The notes: generated by a model not told the origin, from the sequence alone. Positions 1 through 12,420 are shown, counted from the first letter of the stretch. The stretch: 64,000 nt of DNA from Phoronis australis (GCA_002633005.1 NMRA01000033.1:1354797-1418796); one strand, 5' to 3'. Program-made: numbers and translations.

Positions 1-396
1 TTTTTGTACCTTCCTTTACAAGGAAAAATATTGAATAATAGAGCATTCCTTCAATTTGTTGATCTGGTCAACTCAATTTTTTGCCCCCTTGAGATGAAAA
101 TGTAGAAAGAGTCCCCCTCTCAGTAGAGTTTAGTGGAAACTAATAGCATGGTATTTTTGTGCGTAATGGAGAGAACAAACACCGTGGAATCACCCTTCGA
201 TGAACTGTGCGCCAGGGAAAAATCCAATTGACGACCATGTCAGCTACAACAGGTGAACGCCTTTTCATAAAACAGGTCTCTGATCTTGGCCTCCCAGGAC
301 ATGACAGAGGAACATCTAACTAGCAGTTGAAATTATCTCACTTCATACTGACAGTACAAAAGATAACAAGCCCCCAAGGACTACCTTTCACATGTG

Positions 397-521
397 TTAT
401 GACCCATTCTGATTAAACTGCACTGAGTAGCCGCCCGTGTTGGGGTCCTGCTGTAACTGGAAATTGTCTGTTGATAGACCAAATGGCTTCAGGACCATGT
501 TACCTAGCTCCTTCAGTTTAC
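397..521 (-). CDS. TTC1: TTC1 last coding exon
   Basis: CAG| acceptor, [20 protein letters not shown]..., TAA at 397-399. Confidence 0.92.
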
Positions 522-3500
522 CTGTTGAACAAACACACAGCAGTTAGGAATGTTGATAATAACAGCAGAAAAAGGCAGAGCTGTAACTCTACTAGAAACA
601 GCTTTATTGTCTGCTAAGTCTGTCTTGGGTTTATGCCAGACCCTAGAAAATGTCCAAAAATTGGACAACTTTTAGAACATCACATCTCGGAAGGAGCTGA
701 TAAGATTCAAACGAAACTTTCAGGTAGTAGTCGAAATTGTCGGCAAATCATCGTCAGCCGTCCTCTTCATATTAAGAACATACATGCCAATTTCCACAAT
801 CATCCTTAGAGCGGTTTGGTTGATAGAGGGGTGGACGCCAAAAAACAGACTCGAAAACAGCAAAAATGACCACTAGGTGACGCAAACTACGTCGAATCCA
901 TCCCAAAACAGGAGGACAGCGTCATCTCACTAATAGGTGTCTATATTCCAAATTTTACGAAAATACCTTGAGGACCTTTGAAGATACAGAGGTAAACATA
1001 AAAAAGTAACTTGCCACTAGGGGGCACACCGATAGTCAGATCTATCGGAAAGTCGTCGTCATCCATTGTCAACATCATATAAATATTTGCAGAATCTAGT
1101 AAAGTTCCTGCCAACAGTTTAGGAGATACAGCCATGGGCGCAAAAAGAGACAAAACTGCCAATACTAAGCGCCACAGTAGTCGACATTGTCGGAAAATCA
1201 TCGTCAGCCATCTTCTTCATAATAAAAACATACATGCCAATTTCCACGATCATCTTCAGAGTGGTTTGGTTGATAGAGGGTTGGGGGCCAAAAAACAGAC
1301 TCAAAAACAGCAAAAATGGCCATTAGGTGGCACAAATTACGTCGAATTCATCTGAAAATGAGAGGATAGCGTCATCTCACCAACAGACGCCTATATGCCA
1401 AATTTTATGAAAATACGTTAAGGACCTTTGAAGATATAGAGGTAAGCGTAAAAAACTAAAAGTGCCACCAGGGGGCACACCCGTAGTTGGATCTGTCTGA
1501 AAGTTCGCTCAAGCTGTCCCGTCCATGATAGAAACATATGTGCAAAATTTCATGAACATACGTCGAAGGGTTTTGGAGAGAGAGCAGCGGACACCAGACG
1601 CCGGACGGACGGATGCCAGACGGACGGACGGAGATGACGGCACAATGCGTCCACATATAAATATGTGGGACTTTGTGGGTGCATAAAAACATCAGACATG
1701 ACCCAATTTATAGCAGATTGGAATAAGAAATCAAATTACTACAGGATTTTTACTTTCAAAAAATATACTTTCACATAATTTATTTAAATTCTACGGTTTT
1801 GTAGATAGTTGTCTAAGTGCCCACACCTGTAGATAATGCCATACATAACTTAAAGATAACATTACATAACCTACAGGTAACATTACGTAACCTACAGGTA
1901 ACATTACATAACCTACAGGTAACATTACATAACCAACAGGTAACGTTACATAACCTACAGGTAACATTACATAACCTACAAGCCAGCTTAAGTGTGAGAG
2001 AGGGTTTGATTGTTTCAGAAAGTGACCCCTGGATGATGGATGAAGACGTCAACAGCTCGTCCAAAATTATTGTACATAGCAAATTTTAGGATTTTCCTTG
2101 TACTTTCCCAAGGAATGCTAGTCCCTAATTAACAAACAGAAGTAAGTGAGTGGGTGGCTAGAGTACACTTTCGATACTATTTGTGGTGACATACAGATGG
2201 ACATTTATAAGCTAAGAAAAATGCGGGAGTGGGCCTTCAACAACAGAGCTTTCAGGAAGCACATTTTATTGTCTCGTTTTTCGGCAGCTGAACAGCAAAA
2301 ATCATGCCAAGAAGAAAGTAGCTGTTTATAAAAGATTTCGCTTTCACGGCTTCTTTTAAACTAAATACTACGTAAAGGATTACAATAATGGCTAGAGATT
2401 AAACTCACCTATCATCTCTTCTTTCAGTTTCTCATTTTTTTCTTTAATCTGGTCGGGCAATCTCTGCAATTAGTAAACACACAGAGTCGAAATGAAAAGA
2501 TTCTTACAGAACAACCAAAACGGTTTATAATTTTAACCAATTTACAAAACTTCTGTGGATACAGAAGAAGCCTAGTACATTGTCAAAACACTACATCTGA
2601 TCGAAACATTAAAAACATTTATCCACACCCCCAACAGATATTTAGGACATTCCAAAAAATAATGTCATGGAATTTTTGCTCCAACTACTCTTCATGCAAG
2701 CGTCAAATATTTCAGTAAGTCTGTAAGGCAAGTGCTTTTTTAAATTGCTCAGAATGATATACTATGCACAATATCTTTCATCTGTAATAACCAAATAAAA
2801 TGCATTATTTACAGAGAAACCAGGTCCACATTGTGAAACTCAGAACTATTTTAAAGATGAACTAGAATTTAGAAAATTGCTCATTCACGACACAACATGG
2901 AGACCTGCTGGTCGTAAATGTGATCTCATGTTTTATTTGTCAAACCGGTAAAAATCCAAGGTCGCCACGAGGTCACCACACACGCACGCACGCACACACG
3001 CACACACACACACACATCTGAGCACCAACTCAAAATACAACAGGTAGTGAACAGACAAAAGTCGTACTGCACCGATGTGGGCCGATTGTGCTCCTCTGCC
3101 ACAGGAGGTGAGCCTGTGCTGAGGATAGTCATCACTGAACATGCCAGACATTCCCAATGTTCCGCTTGAGCTAAAAAAACACCGTCACAACGATTTCAGG
3201 TGTATCGGAGGACATTTCCAGAGTTGGCAAGTTTTTCACTTCAGGTATCTTGCTTGCCAACGAGGTTCGGTGACTTCAGTTCCCATTTGGCAGCATTGTG
3301 GGAAAATTCATCAGAATCAGAGAGGGCACAGTATTCCAGGAAGTGACTATTTACTATTGACCAGAAAATCAGATCTTAAAAGACAGGTCAGTCATGCAGT
3401 TAGTCATGGTTATTTGTTTGTTTTTGAACAACTGGTTCCCACTACATTTTCAAGTGGCAAAGATGGCTTTAGTTCTTGATCACTTGCGAATATGGCAAGC

Positions 3501-6500
3501 ATCAGGAAGGCTTACCATGCAAGCAGCTCTCGCAGTGTGGATACTTCTGTCAAGTTCCACAACTTTCTGGTAATCTTGCAAAGCTTCCTCCAGCTTGTTT
3601 GTTCTTTCGTAAAGCTCTGCTCTGCGTAGGAAAGCCTTGACATACTGAGGATGAAGCTCCACCGCCTTGGAACAGTCCTCGATAGCTTCATCTAACTCCT
3701 CCTAAATTTATACAAGACTGAATAAGAACTATACAACCAACAACATAAATGACAAACATCTTGTACTATTATATCACCAATGATACTTCTATCCTCTGAT
3801 TGGCTGAAATGTGATTCAACAACTTCTGATATAACGGAATGTCATTTTTCGTTCATGCTGCCTGGGCACCAGATGTCACTTTTCGCGATCGGACAAAAAA
3901 CATAAACCCTGACCAGCTAGCTCACATTGTCAGTTATATCAGGTAAGATCAAGCAAAACAAATAACGAGTTGAAAAATCAGAGGAGGCATCAGTGGTCAC
4001 GGAACAAACTAAATATAGATGTATAGGTCATATAGACCTTAGAAAAGCAACACTATTTGCCTTTGGTCCATACCACCTGATATCAGCCCTAGGGGATTGG
4101 TCCACATTTATTCTATGCTCATTGGAGAACACTTGGAAAATTCTTCCAATCCAAGATAACCTCATTACAATTTTCTGCAGTATTGCGCACTGGCAGATAC
4201 AGGAGATGATGGAATAAAATGTCCAAAGTCCAGTTTACTTAATCGTGCATCAGTTGATCAACATTAGTTATTTGAATATGCACGTGAACAATTGTGGATC
4301 CAGGGGGGAGGTTGTCCAGGAGATCAAGAACTCCTTGCTCAGAATGTTTACACTAAAACTGTAATGGAGGAGTGTGAAGAGCCCCCTATTGTCTGTCCAC
4401 TGAAAAAGTCCCATACCACCACAATGCCCAATCTCCATGCGAAAGTGAACTCCCAAGCGCATTCAGTGAACATAAAACAGTTCAGGACTGTCTCTACAAT
4501 TCAGGACACCGTAACTCAAGCTGAAACTTGAAATTCCTAGAATATGGAGATCCGGTGATTTTGGTATTTATTGTATTTCTCTCATGTTGGAAATTGAACA
4601 CTGTAGCAACCGAGTGTGAAAATAGACTTTAAAGTTCATAAAGATGTCCTCATTTGTTAAGCAGGCTATTGGTGATATGACCTGAATCAATGAGAAATTG
4701 GGAAGTTCATAAAATTGTTAACAACAGCTACGACGTAACATTTTCATGCATCCACCCCCAGGGACACTCATATTGACGTGTAACAAAAATTGCGGGTAGG
4801 CGATACTTTTTCAGTAAGTTTTGTGGTATTCGTGCGGGGTTCAATAGGCCCCTAAATTTCCATTTCGTCCCTGCAAAAGGCACATTGCATTGGCCTAAGC
4901 CCCGCTAATGGGGTGAGACAGAAAAATCTAACCCACAAAATGGGGTGGGAATTAGCAGACCTGGCACCTGCAATAGGGTGTCTCTCAGCATTTTTTGATA
5001 CACGCCTGCAGGCACCTTGTCAATATGAGTGACCCTCAGGGCATCCACATAGTGTGAATGGTTGTTTGTCATTGCTCGTAATTCTTGAATTTGGGACAGC
5101 CACTATTTCCTAGTCCTAAAATTTGCTACAAGTTACAACCTTGATTAAAATAAGTAATTTTTACTGTATTACAAAAAATCATACCATCTTCATTTTACAA
5201 GCTCCACGATTTGCATAGAGAATAGCTCTTTCCCTCGGGAAGCAAAGCGGAGAAATGCGTAAAGCTTTGCTGTAAATCTCTCGGGCATCTGCATACTTCT
5301 GGTCACGGAATAAAATGTTAGCTTCTTGTTTCAAAGCGCCAGCATCTTGTTTTCTAGCCTGCAAGCAAAACATCACAGTGCGAGGAAATCAGCACATTTG
5401 AAAACAAAAATTATAGATGCATTTAATGCTGCTGTGAGCCAAATTATAGCGTCAACAATTTTCCTCACAGACTTGTTTGCACTTTCTTAGCAGTGGCATT
5501 ACATACTTGTTTTATTTTAAAACAAAATCGGTTAAAATAAAACGCATTGAGTTCTCTGACGGCCTTCAGTGTTCTCCACAACCCTTTTTCACTCGTCACT
5601 GCATCGAGTTTGAATTTTGTGAGTTTAGCTTCCTTGTGTCGAGTTTGAAAAGCGATACTTCTAACCTGCAAAGCGTCTTGAATGAATTTTGCTAAACCTT
5701 TCGAGTTATTTTTGAATATTTGAGGTAGGACAGAACTCCGTATAAAAATGGGCGAATATAAGTATATTTTTCACTTATAATCAAATATGAAATGTACCTA
5801 ATCTTCAATTCAATTTTTAAAAACACGGCAAATCTGTTCATCCACTGGAATTCTGAAGTACTGCCCCACCTCAACCTCCAATGGTAAAATACCTGCTCTC
5901 GATCGAGCTGTGACAGACCTCTGAGTAGTACATATCAAAGGATGTTCTTGAAACCAGTGGCCCGTTCAATGCACTCTTAAAAAATTCTAAAAACCAGGAA
6001 TCCATTGAGATTGTTGACTTCGGTGAGTGCCAGGTTGTAGCTTTGAGATTACTGTATGGCTGTGATTCTGGTACACACAGTGCACGATTGATAAAGACAA
6101 ATTTGTAGTTATCGAAAATTTGATTACAACTCCACATTAATCTAATTAAACCATCTTCATTAATCATTTCCTGAATTTTGTTTGCCAACAGAATCTTAGA
6201 AAGCTAAAACACAAAATGGGCTCTACAAGGAATTTCATAAATAGTGTTTGATCAGAGTTAATTGAACACATATCCGAGTAAAATGCGAACCCAAATATGG
6301 CTTGGACAACCTAAATTTTAAAGAGAAACTGATACATTTTCGTATATACCTCCTTTTCTTCATCAGTCATATTCTGCTCCAGGTCACGCAACACATCCTC
6401 CTCTGACTTCTCCTTGCATGACCCCTGGTGGTCATCGCCCAAATCTCCACCAGTTGCACTACCATCCACTGAACCTTCAACATGAACCGCTGCATCGCCA

Positions 6501-6955
6501 ACACCATCCAACGCTTCTTTAGTATTTATATCAGTTTCCCCTGAACCGATAATAGTGTCACTTGCACTATCTTCCTGGTGTCTTTGATCACTGTCTGTAT
6601 CCACACGGATGATGTTTTCTTCAGTTCTATCACTTGATATCGACAACTCTGGACTAATCTCACTGGTTTCAATCATGTTTCTAACGACTTCACTGCCTTT
6701 ATCACCAGATGACTCTTGTGTCTTTCTGACACCGTCTAAGGCATCTTGAACACAAGGGGTTATTTTAGTACAGTCGGAAGTTCTATTGCCACCAGAACAA
6801 GCAGTTTCATCATCTGAACAGCTGTGAAATTCCTCATCACTGGATTCCTTAAGAGCGATTTCAATTTGTCTATCTACATCATTGGCCAAGCAATCTTCAC
6901 ATAATTTGTAGTCACCCAACTGAGTTTTAACACACTTTGAGCAGGCTTGCTCCAT
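397..6955 (-). CDS. TTC1: Tetratricopeptide repeat protein 1, complement(join(397..521,2409..2463,3516..3701,5185..5358,6350..6955)), 381 aa
   Basis: All introns are GT-AG with matching phases (0,0,0,1). TPR repeats: [89 protein letters not shown]1-typical C-terminus [54 protein letters not shown]. An acceptor at 6964-6966 just upstream of the ATG implies a non-coding first exon further right. Confidence 0.95.
727..1680. repeat. Intronic repeat with two diverged ~450-bp tandem units ending in a (GGAC)n-like tract; probable non-autonomous transposon/satellite
   Basis: gtagtcga(a/c)attgtcgg..aatcatcgtcagcc at ~727 and ~1177; ccac(t/c)agggggcacacc at ~1014 and ~1465; cggacggacgga tract at ~1600-1630. 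Confidence 0.7.
1851..1981. repeat. 21-bp minisatellite (aacattacataacctacaggt) x~6
   Basis: Direct tandem copies; they explain the spurious repetitive ORFs 1813..2082 and 1817..2089. Confidence 0.95.
2409..2463 (-). CDS. TTC1: TTC1 coding exon 4
   Basis: TTGCAG|AGA...ATAG|GTGAGT, 55 nt, [18 protein letters not shown](G). Confidence 0.9.
2977..3016. repeat. (CA)n/(CACG)n microsatellite
   Basis: Seen directly. Confidence 0.9.
3516..3701 (-). CDS. TTC1: TTC1 coding exon 3 (TPR2/3)
   Basis: TTTAG| acceptor, ATG|GTAAGC donor, 186 nt. Confidence 0.93.
5185..5358 (-). CDS. TTC1: TTC1 coding exon 2 (TPR1/2)
   Basis: TTGCAG| acceptor, ATG|GTATGA donor, 174 nt. Confidence 0.92.
6350..6955 (-). CDS. 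TTC1: TTC1 coding exon 1 (acidic N-terminal region)
   Basis: ATG at 6955; GAG|GTATAT donor after 6350; part of ORF 6311..6955. Confidence 0.85.
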
Positions 6956-8134
6956 TATTCAACCTGAAAAAAATGACGACTATAACAAGCCAACTTTTTC
7001 TCTTATATTTCTAATGCAAGCGTAGAGCTAAGAGATACAGCGACCAAACACCACATAGCTAGTATCCCACTCTTGACTTTATCAACATGCATTCTACGAA
7101 AGAAAACCCATCCAATCCAAGAGGATTCTTGCCAAGGTTATCATTACTCAAAGCCTAACTTGAACGGTAACACCAGTAAATTTGGTTCCTACAGTATGTT
7201 AAGAGCAGGGCTGTAAGTCCACTAGTAACATAAATTGTCAAATGTAATGAACAGTTAGGCATATTGGCTATTTTTTTTTCTACGTCACCGCGAGAATCAC
7301 CGGCGAATAGCACCTACACACAATGGTGATAGGACAACATATGCGTGATTAGACTCACGTTTTCTTATTTCGCTAATGCTTTGCTAGGACTACCTGGTTA
7401 GCCCAGTACATCTAAAATAACAAAATTTCGTTGAAGTTAGGCTTTAAATTGGGGATGATTACCTCCTAGCAGTACAAATTTTCTTGGATGGTTTTCACAC
7501 TATTAGCTTCCTGGTGCTAATTGTGCCTCTAAATACTGCTATTCCAAGGCTAGAAATACCTCTTCCCCAAAAAACCCAATACTGCGCCGTGCTCTTCATG
7601 TGCTAGCAACGCGCACTGTTAAGTGCAATGACCTATATATTTGTCTTATTGGTAGACAGTGACCACAGTCTCTAGCTGGCCAGTAGAGACAGTGTAGCTC
7701 CTATAGCAGCTTCATACGCCGGAAGCTTTTTAGCAATTTATGCCTCACACCCACTAAAACATCCAAGTCATGTTGTTATAAATACCTTTTGCGCATAGAG
7801 AGACACCTTAGGAAGCCATCGATGTCTTTTATTCCTTCCAACTCAAAAAAAAATACTCCCGTTATCAAACTTTTTCTTTGACCAGTCCCTCATTCAGTTC
7901 CCAAAATCGGTAACTGGCCCTTTTTACACGGCGCACGTCAGGGGATATGACATCATACCACCTGCCGCATGAAGTGTTGAAATTGTGGTGAATCTGCAGT
8001 GGGTGTAGTAATATAAAAGCCTCTCTTGATCACTCGCCTACGGGCAATTGCTCTTTGGTCGACTGGTTAAGACGTCTGGCATTGAAGCAAGAGGTACCAG
8101 ATTTGAAACTTGGACTGGGTGATTTTTCACTACA

Positions 8135-8198
8135 TGGTCGTCCAACCTGGGGCCCGAACCCACGACCCTGAGATTAAGTCTCATCCTCTACCTACTGA
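8135..8198 (-). pseudogene. tRNA-Lys(CTT)-derived sequence including CCA (extended primer-binding site)
   Basis: Reverse complement TCAGTAGGTAGAGGATGAGAC-TTAATCTCAGGGTCGTGGGTTCGGGCCCCAGGTTGGACGACCA resembles metazoan tRNA-Lys(CTT). The 5' acceptor strand is missing and the anticodon loop carries a deletion. Confidence 0.8.
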
Positions 8199-8203
8199 AA
8201 ACG

Positions 8204-8940
8204 TTGGATGCTGGTATTATGGAATCTTCGGTTTCTGAGTGGTCTTCAAATCCAGTTATAATTCGGAAACAAGATGGCAATTTAAGATACTGCATTGATT
8301 TCAGAGAGCTTAATGCTATTACTGCAACTGACAATTACCCTTTGCCGATGGCCGATGATTGCTTTGCTGCTATATCCACTTATTTACAGGTGAATATGAG
8401 AAAGGAGGATAGGAAGAAAATGGCGTTCCTTACTCGCTATGGGACTTTTCATTTCCTCAGACTTCCGTTCGGTTGCAAGGGTGCAGTTGCGACTTTTTCC
8501 CTGGTTATTAACCACATTTTGAATGATCTACTACGGCATTCAGTTTTGACCTATTTAGATGACGTTCTAGTTATGTCACTGGACATGAAGATGCATTTTG
8601 TTCATTTGCGTCAGATGTTTTTACACCTCAGAAAGTTTGGCTTCAAGTTGAAGCCCAAGAAGTGTGTTCTGTTCTATTCTAAAGTCAAGTTTTTGGGACG
8701 TTTAGTTGATGAGAATGCTTTGTAAATGAATCACGAGCCTATATAAGTCATCCAGGATTGGCCTAGACCAACAAATGTTAGAGAAGTTTAGCGGTTTATG
8801 GGGTTAATGAATTACCACAAATCATTTGTTGATAAATTTGCTGAAATCGCTGCTCCTTTGTATGTGCTCACAGGCAAAGTTGATTTCTTCTGGTCTCAGG
8901 AGCAGGAGGCGGCTTTTGTGGGGTTGAAAATGTGTCTAGT
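8204..8940 (+). pseudogene. Gypsy reverse transcriptase pseudogene fragment
   Basis: YLDD motif; in-frame stops and an internal deletion; gag and protease missing. Confidence 0.9.
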
Positions 8941-8945
8941 CAGTC

Positions 8946-9853
8946 AGGGTAGTTCTGCTCGTCACCTCGCCGTGAAACTTGTTTCAACATGTAAAACTAA
9001 AGACCAGACCGGGATGCATGCAAAATCTGGAAGTCAACCAACACTCACTTTGCCCGTTACAACAGTTTAAGTGAAAAACAATGCAGCAAACATCATTTTC
9101 TTGAGTCACTCTCGACCTTTTGAAACAATGAAAAGTATGTTGTTTTGAAAACAGTATTTTAGTATACAGCTTTGTACCAAGTCGAAAGGCTATTAACTGG
9201 ATAGCCTTGGTACAAAGCTGTATATAAATATACAGCTTTGCACCGATGTGGGTAAAAAGTGGTAAGATAAAATCTGACAAAAAATTAAAGTCGTTAAAAA
9301 CTAGTCTTCTTTGAGTAAACAAAATTATTTATCAGTGTTGGAAAAAATGGCGTTCTACTGTTATTCAGCTGCTAAAGTTGAGGAGCAATCTTTAGCGACG
9401 GTTTTCGGCACCATGTAATATTGCGTCACCTATTGGCCAGTTTCTTTTTTCGCCGATTCTTCAATCAGCTGCTGTTTTTTCACGAGCTTGCGTACACGTC
9501 ACAACAAATTATTAGAACTGGTTTCACTTCATTACAAGTTTTTAGAATTTCAATACCGAAAAACCGAATTTCAGAACAAATTTTGCTTTTCCGAAGTTGT
9601 CGTGAAAATTTAGGAGATGGCGCATGCGCGTGACACGAGCGTACTGTTTTCAAAACGACGACATACTTTTCATTGTTAGAAATGGCAGAGAGTTACGCAA
9701 GAAAATGACGTTTATTGCATTCTTTCTCACACAGCTGTAACGGCCGGGCAAGGTGAGTATCAGTTGATTCCCAGATTTTGCATGCACCCGTCCGGTCTTT
9801 AGATTTACATTTTGATACAAGTTTCACGGCGCGGTGACAAGCAGAACTATCCT
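8946..9853. mobile_element. Foldback/MITE-like element with ~210-bp diverged inverted arms (8946-9156 vs 9642-9853), truncating the Gypsy relic
   Basis: agttctgctcgtcacc..gccgtgaaacttgt..gcatgcaaaatctgg..gttttgaaaacagta is mirrored as tactgttttcaaaac..ccagattttgcatgc..acaagtttcacggc..gtgacaagcagaact. Confidence 0.8.
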
Positions 9854-10779
9854 CGCTGCGTGCAATTTCGGGGTCTATGGAAGAAATACACACAGTGGTA
9901 CCTAGCTGTATTTTGACGACAGTCTTCATACAGCTAGCTGGCTGGCTATGAACTGGACTGAAAGAAGAAAAAATTGATAACAGGAATATTTGTTCGAGTT
10001 GGAAGGAATAAATGACATCGACGGACTCCTAAGGTGTTCCTCTATGCGCAAAAGGTATTTGTAACAACGTGGCTTTGATTTTTTAATCAGCGTGTAGCCA
10101 TAATTCACCGAAGAGCTTCCGGCGTATGTGGTTCACATTGGTGATTGGTCGAGTGCTGGGCTGTTCGCGAAATAAAGCACTCTGACAAATAAATTCGAGA
10201 CTAAATCACTAAAAAACAAGTGTTTCACATCAAAATGAAGGTTTGCTGCTGAACTTACACTTACAACAACAGAGACCAGGACAAGAAAAACGTGTTTTCC
10301 AAATTCTTGCGGACACTTTCGTATTCCGAAATTAATCACATCAGGTCTTCGGCCATTATTGTGAGAAGCGCTCCACGTGATTTCGGGAAAACGAGGAACT
10401 ACCATAAGGCAACTGGCGATAACTCGAACCTAGGACCTTACTAGGGTTCTAGCTCGAATCTAGGCATGCACAATGATATGATTTATTGGGCATGCATGAT
10501 AGGACGCATTGGCCACGGGCTGCTGCAAGTTATATGAATTTCATCAGTGCTTGTAAGTCGCGGTAGCGTAACCTGGTCACCATGTGACTAATATTGGTAG
10601 CCCACGTGACAATCGCTTCAAATGTTGGTCAAACTTGGTCAATGTTGGCCGTGGAGAAGCGTTCTGATTGGACAATGGACGACCAACTTTTACCAACATT
10701 TATCCAACATTTCCCCAGCAGCAGGATTGCCTTGCTGCCTCCGCTGGTCGCTGATGGGGCAGAACTTGCAGCAAGAAGT

Positions 10780-12420
10780 CCGAGATACAAAAAGGCCAAA
10801 AGGGGGTGAAAAAGCCGGGAGGAGAAAGGGGGAAAAGAAGAGGAAAAGAAACTAAACACAACAAGCCACGCCCCCCGAAAAAGAAAGAAGCGAAACAATC
10901 TCTGATGCCGCAGTAAGATATGTATCACCCGAAAAAATCCGCTTTATCAATTTTCATTCATAAATGCTTTGTCTGCAATCAGTTCATCGGAATTTGCCGC
11001 AACCAAAAATTTCATAAGCAATTGCGATTTTCTTCTAGAACCTTCTGAAAATTTTGAGCATTTGGCGTACTTTCGCTTCTTAGCACTAGGTGCCAGCCCA
11101 GTATGCATAAATGGCATGTTTTTTGGTCGATTCCGATGTTGTTTGAAGCAGCTGGAGCCTGTGTATCGGGAGCAGTTTCCACTGACTAAGTGGTACTCAA
11201 TATACAGCTAGATGTGATGTCAAATTCATCCGTCTGTTGCGTGACGTACACTGTACCGCTGGAAATGGCCCCGGCTGTACGCATGAAACAGCTAAAGAGC
11301 AACGGACGTGTTGCCTAGATTGTGCCATGATCAAGTAATCTCCTTTTCACTCGGGACGAGTGCAGTGCCCCAGAAGCCACCAGCCCAGAGGGTCGCACTG
11401 ACATACAAATGGTTGCACACGGTCTACCTTCAAGACATCCTGACACGCCTGGACCGTCTATCACGGCAGCTTTGACCACCGTGACTGCCCGCCGTGTGCT
11501 GAAGATGGGACTTGACGAAGCGAGCTCAGTGTTAAGAAACTGGCTGGGCATGCATAAGGGGCGGCTTCGTGGATGTCTAATAACACTCAGATGGACTGAT
11601 CTTGGCCAGCCAAAGGGTATTGACTGCCGGGGAAGGCAGAGGACTAAAACCTTTAATTCAGGGCATAATAAAGCGCTTTGCGAATGTCGGTGTGGAGCAG
11701 CTGAAGCCATCTATGTCTACCGACATTGCTGTGTTGCCCAATGCATGAAGCTCCAGTCTTTATGGATATGTTGTAAATCTCAGAACCCGCGTCAGTGGAA
11801 ATATATATGGCAAACATTTTTAAGTCTGGTCTGCAGGCTACCTTTTGGCCTGAGTTCGAAAAGCTGTCGGGGGCAGCCTTTCAGACTGTTGTTCATGAGG
11901 TCACTTCATATGTGGCCAATGCAGACCAGACTTAAAAATGTTTGCTATTTATATTCAGTGTCATTGTCTACTAGTTTCCTCAGTCGTCCATATTTTTATT
12001 GCGACATAAGCAAGTTGTTTTGAGATTTTGAATCATTGATCTAATTTATTTTACTACTGTTGTTTTTGAGATATTTAATCACTGTTGTCCACTGTATCTG
12101 TAGTTTATGATTTGGTGCGGGATTCCAACATTTTTGTTTCAAGATGGTAAAGCGAAACTTTTGGCTGTGGCAAATTCGTTGTATTAGTGAACTGATTGCA
12201 GACAAAGCATTTTTGATTAATATAAATCGATTTGTTTCCATGAAGCGGATTTTTTGTGATACATATTTTACTGCGTTGTTTCGCTTGTTTCGTTTTCGGG
12301 GGGCTTGGCTTGTTGCGTTTTGTTTCTTTTCCCCCCTTTTTCCCCCGTTCTCCCCCCTTTTCGCCCCTTTTCGCGTTTTTCTCCCCCACCCCGAGCCACC
12401 TTGCTGATTTCCCCCAGCAA
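10780..12420. mobile_element. Pair of ~230-bp diverged inverted repeats (~10780-11013 and ~12153-12400) enclosing a transposase relic
   Basis: gcagtaagatatgtatcac..aaaaaatccgctt..aaatgctttgtctgcaatcagttca..gaatttgcc is mirrored at 12153-12300. Confidence 0.7.
11138..11735 (+). pseudogene. Frameshifted DUF6729-type DNA-transposase relic (possibly Dada-like)
   Basis: Pieces across frames: LKQLEPVYREQFP, CDVKFIRLLRD, GNGP, YKWLHTVYLQDILTRLD, VLKM, VKKLAGHA.GAASWMSN, VLTAGEGRGLKPLIQGIIKRF, IYVYRHCC. These are colinear with the recalled DUF6729 motifs YKWL..VY..DIL.RLD, LKMDSTKK..KKLAG, VLT..EG.GL, YVD..CC. Confidence 0.7.

Larger units (their letters stand above)
7984..8945 (+). mobile_element. 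Decayed Gypsy/Ty3 LTR retrotransposon: short candidate LTR, tRNA-Lys PBS, RT and connection/RNaseH-adjacent fragment
   Basis: ORF 8204..8725 has WSSNPVIIRKQDGNLRYCIDFRELN, LPFG, YLDDVLV, KLKPKKC, VKFLG. It continues after stops (WPRPTNVR, FMGLMNYHKSFVDKFAEIAAPLY, W..EQEAAF). Upstream TGTGGTGAA(7984)...TTCACTACA(8134) is followed by a TGG-starting PBS. Confidence 0.85.

Noticed and set aside
1813-2089. Repeat proteins (CRLCNVT / LQVTLHN)
   Set aside because: Translation of a 21-bp minisatellite inside a TTC1 intron.
11409-12023. Intact 204-aa protein
   Set aside because: The conserved motifs are spread over several frames; the ORF is a by-product of a frameshifted relic.
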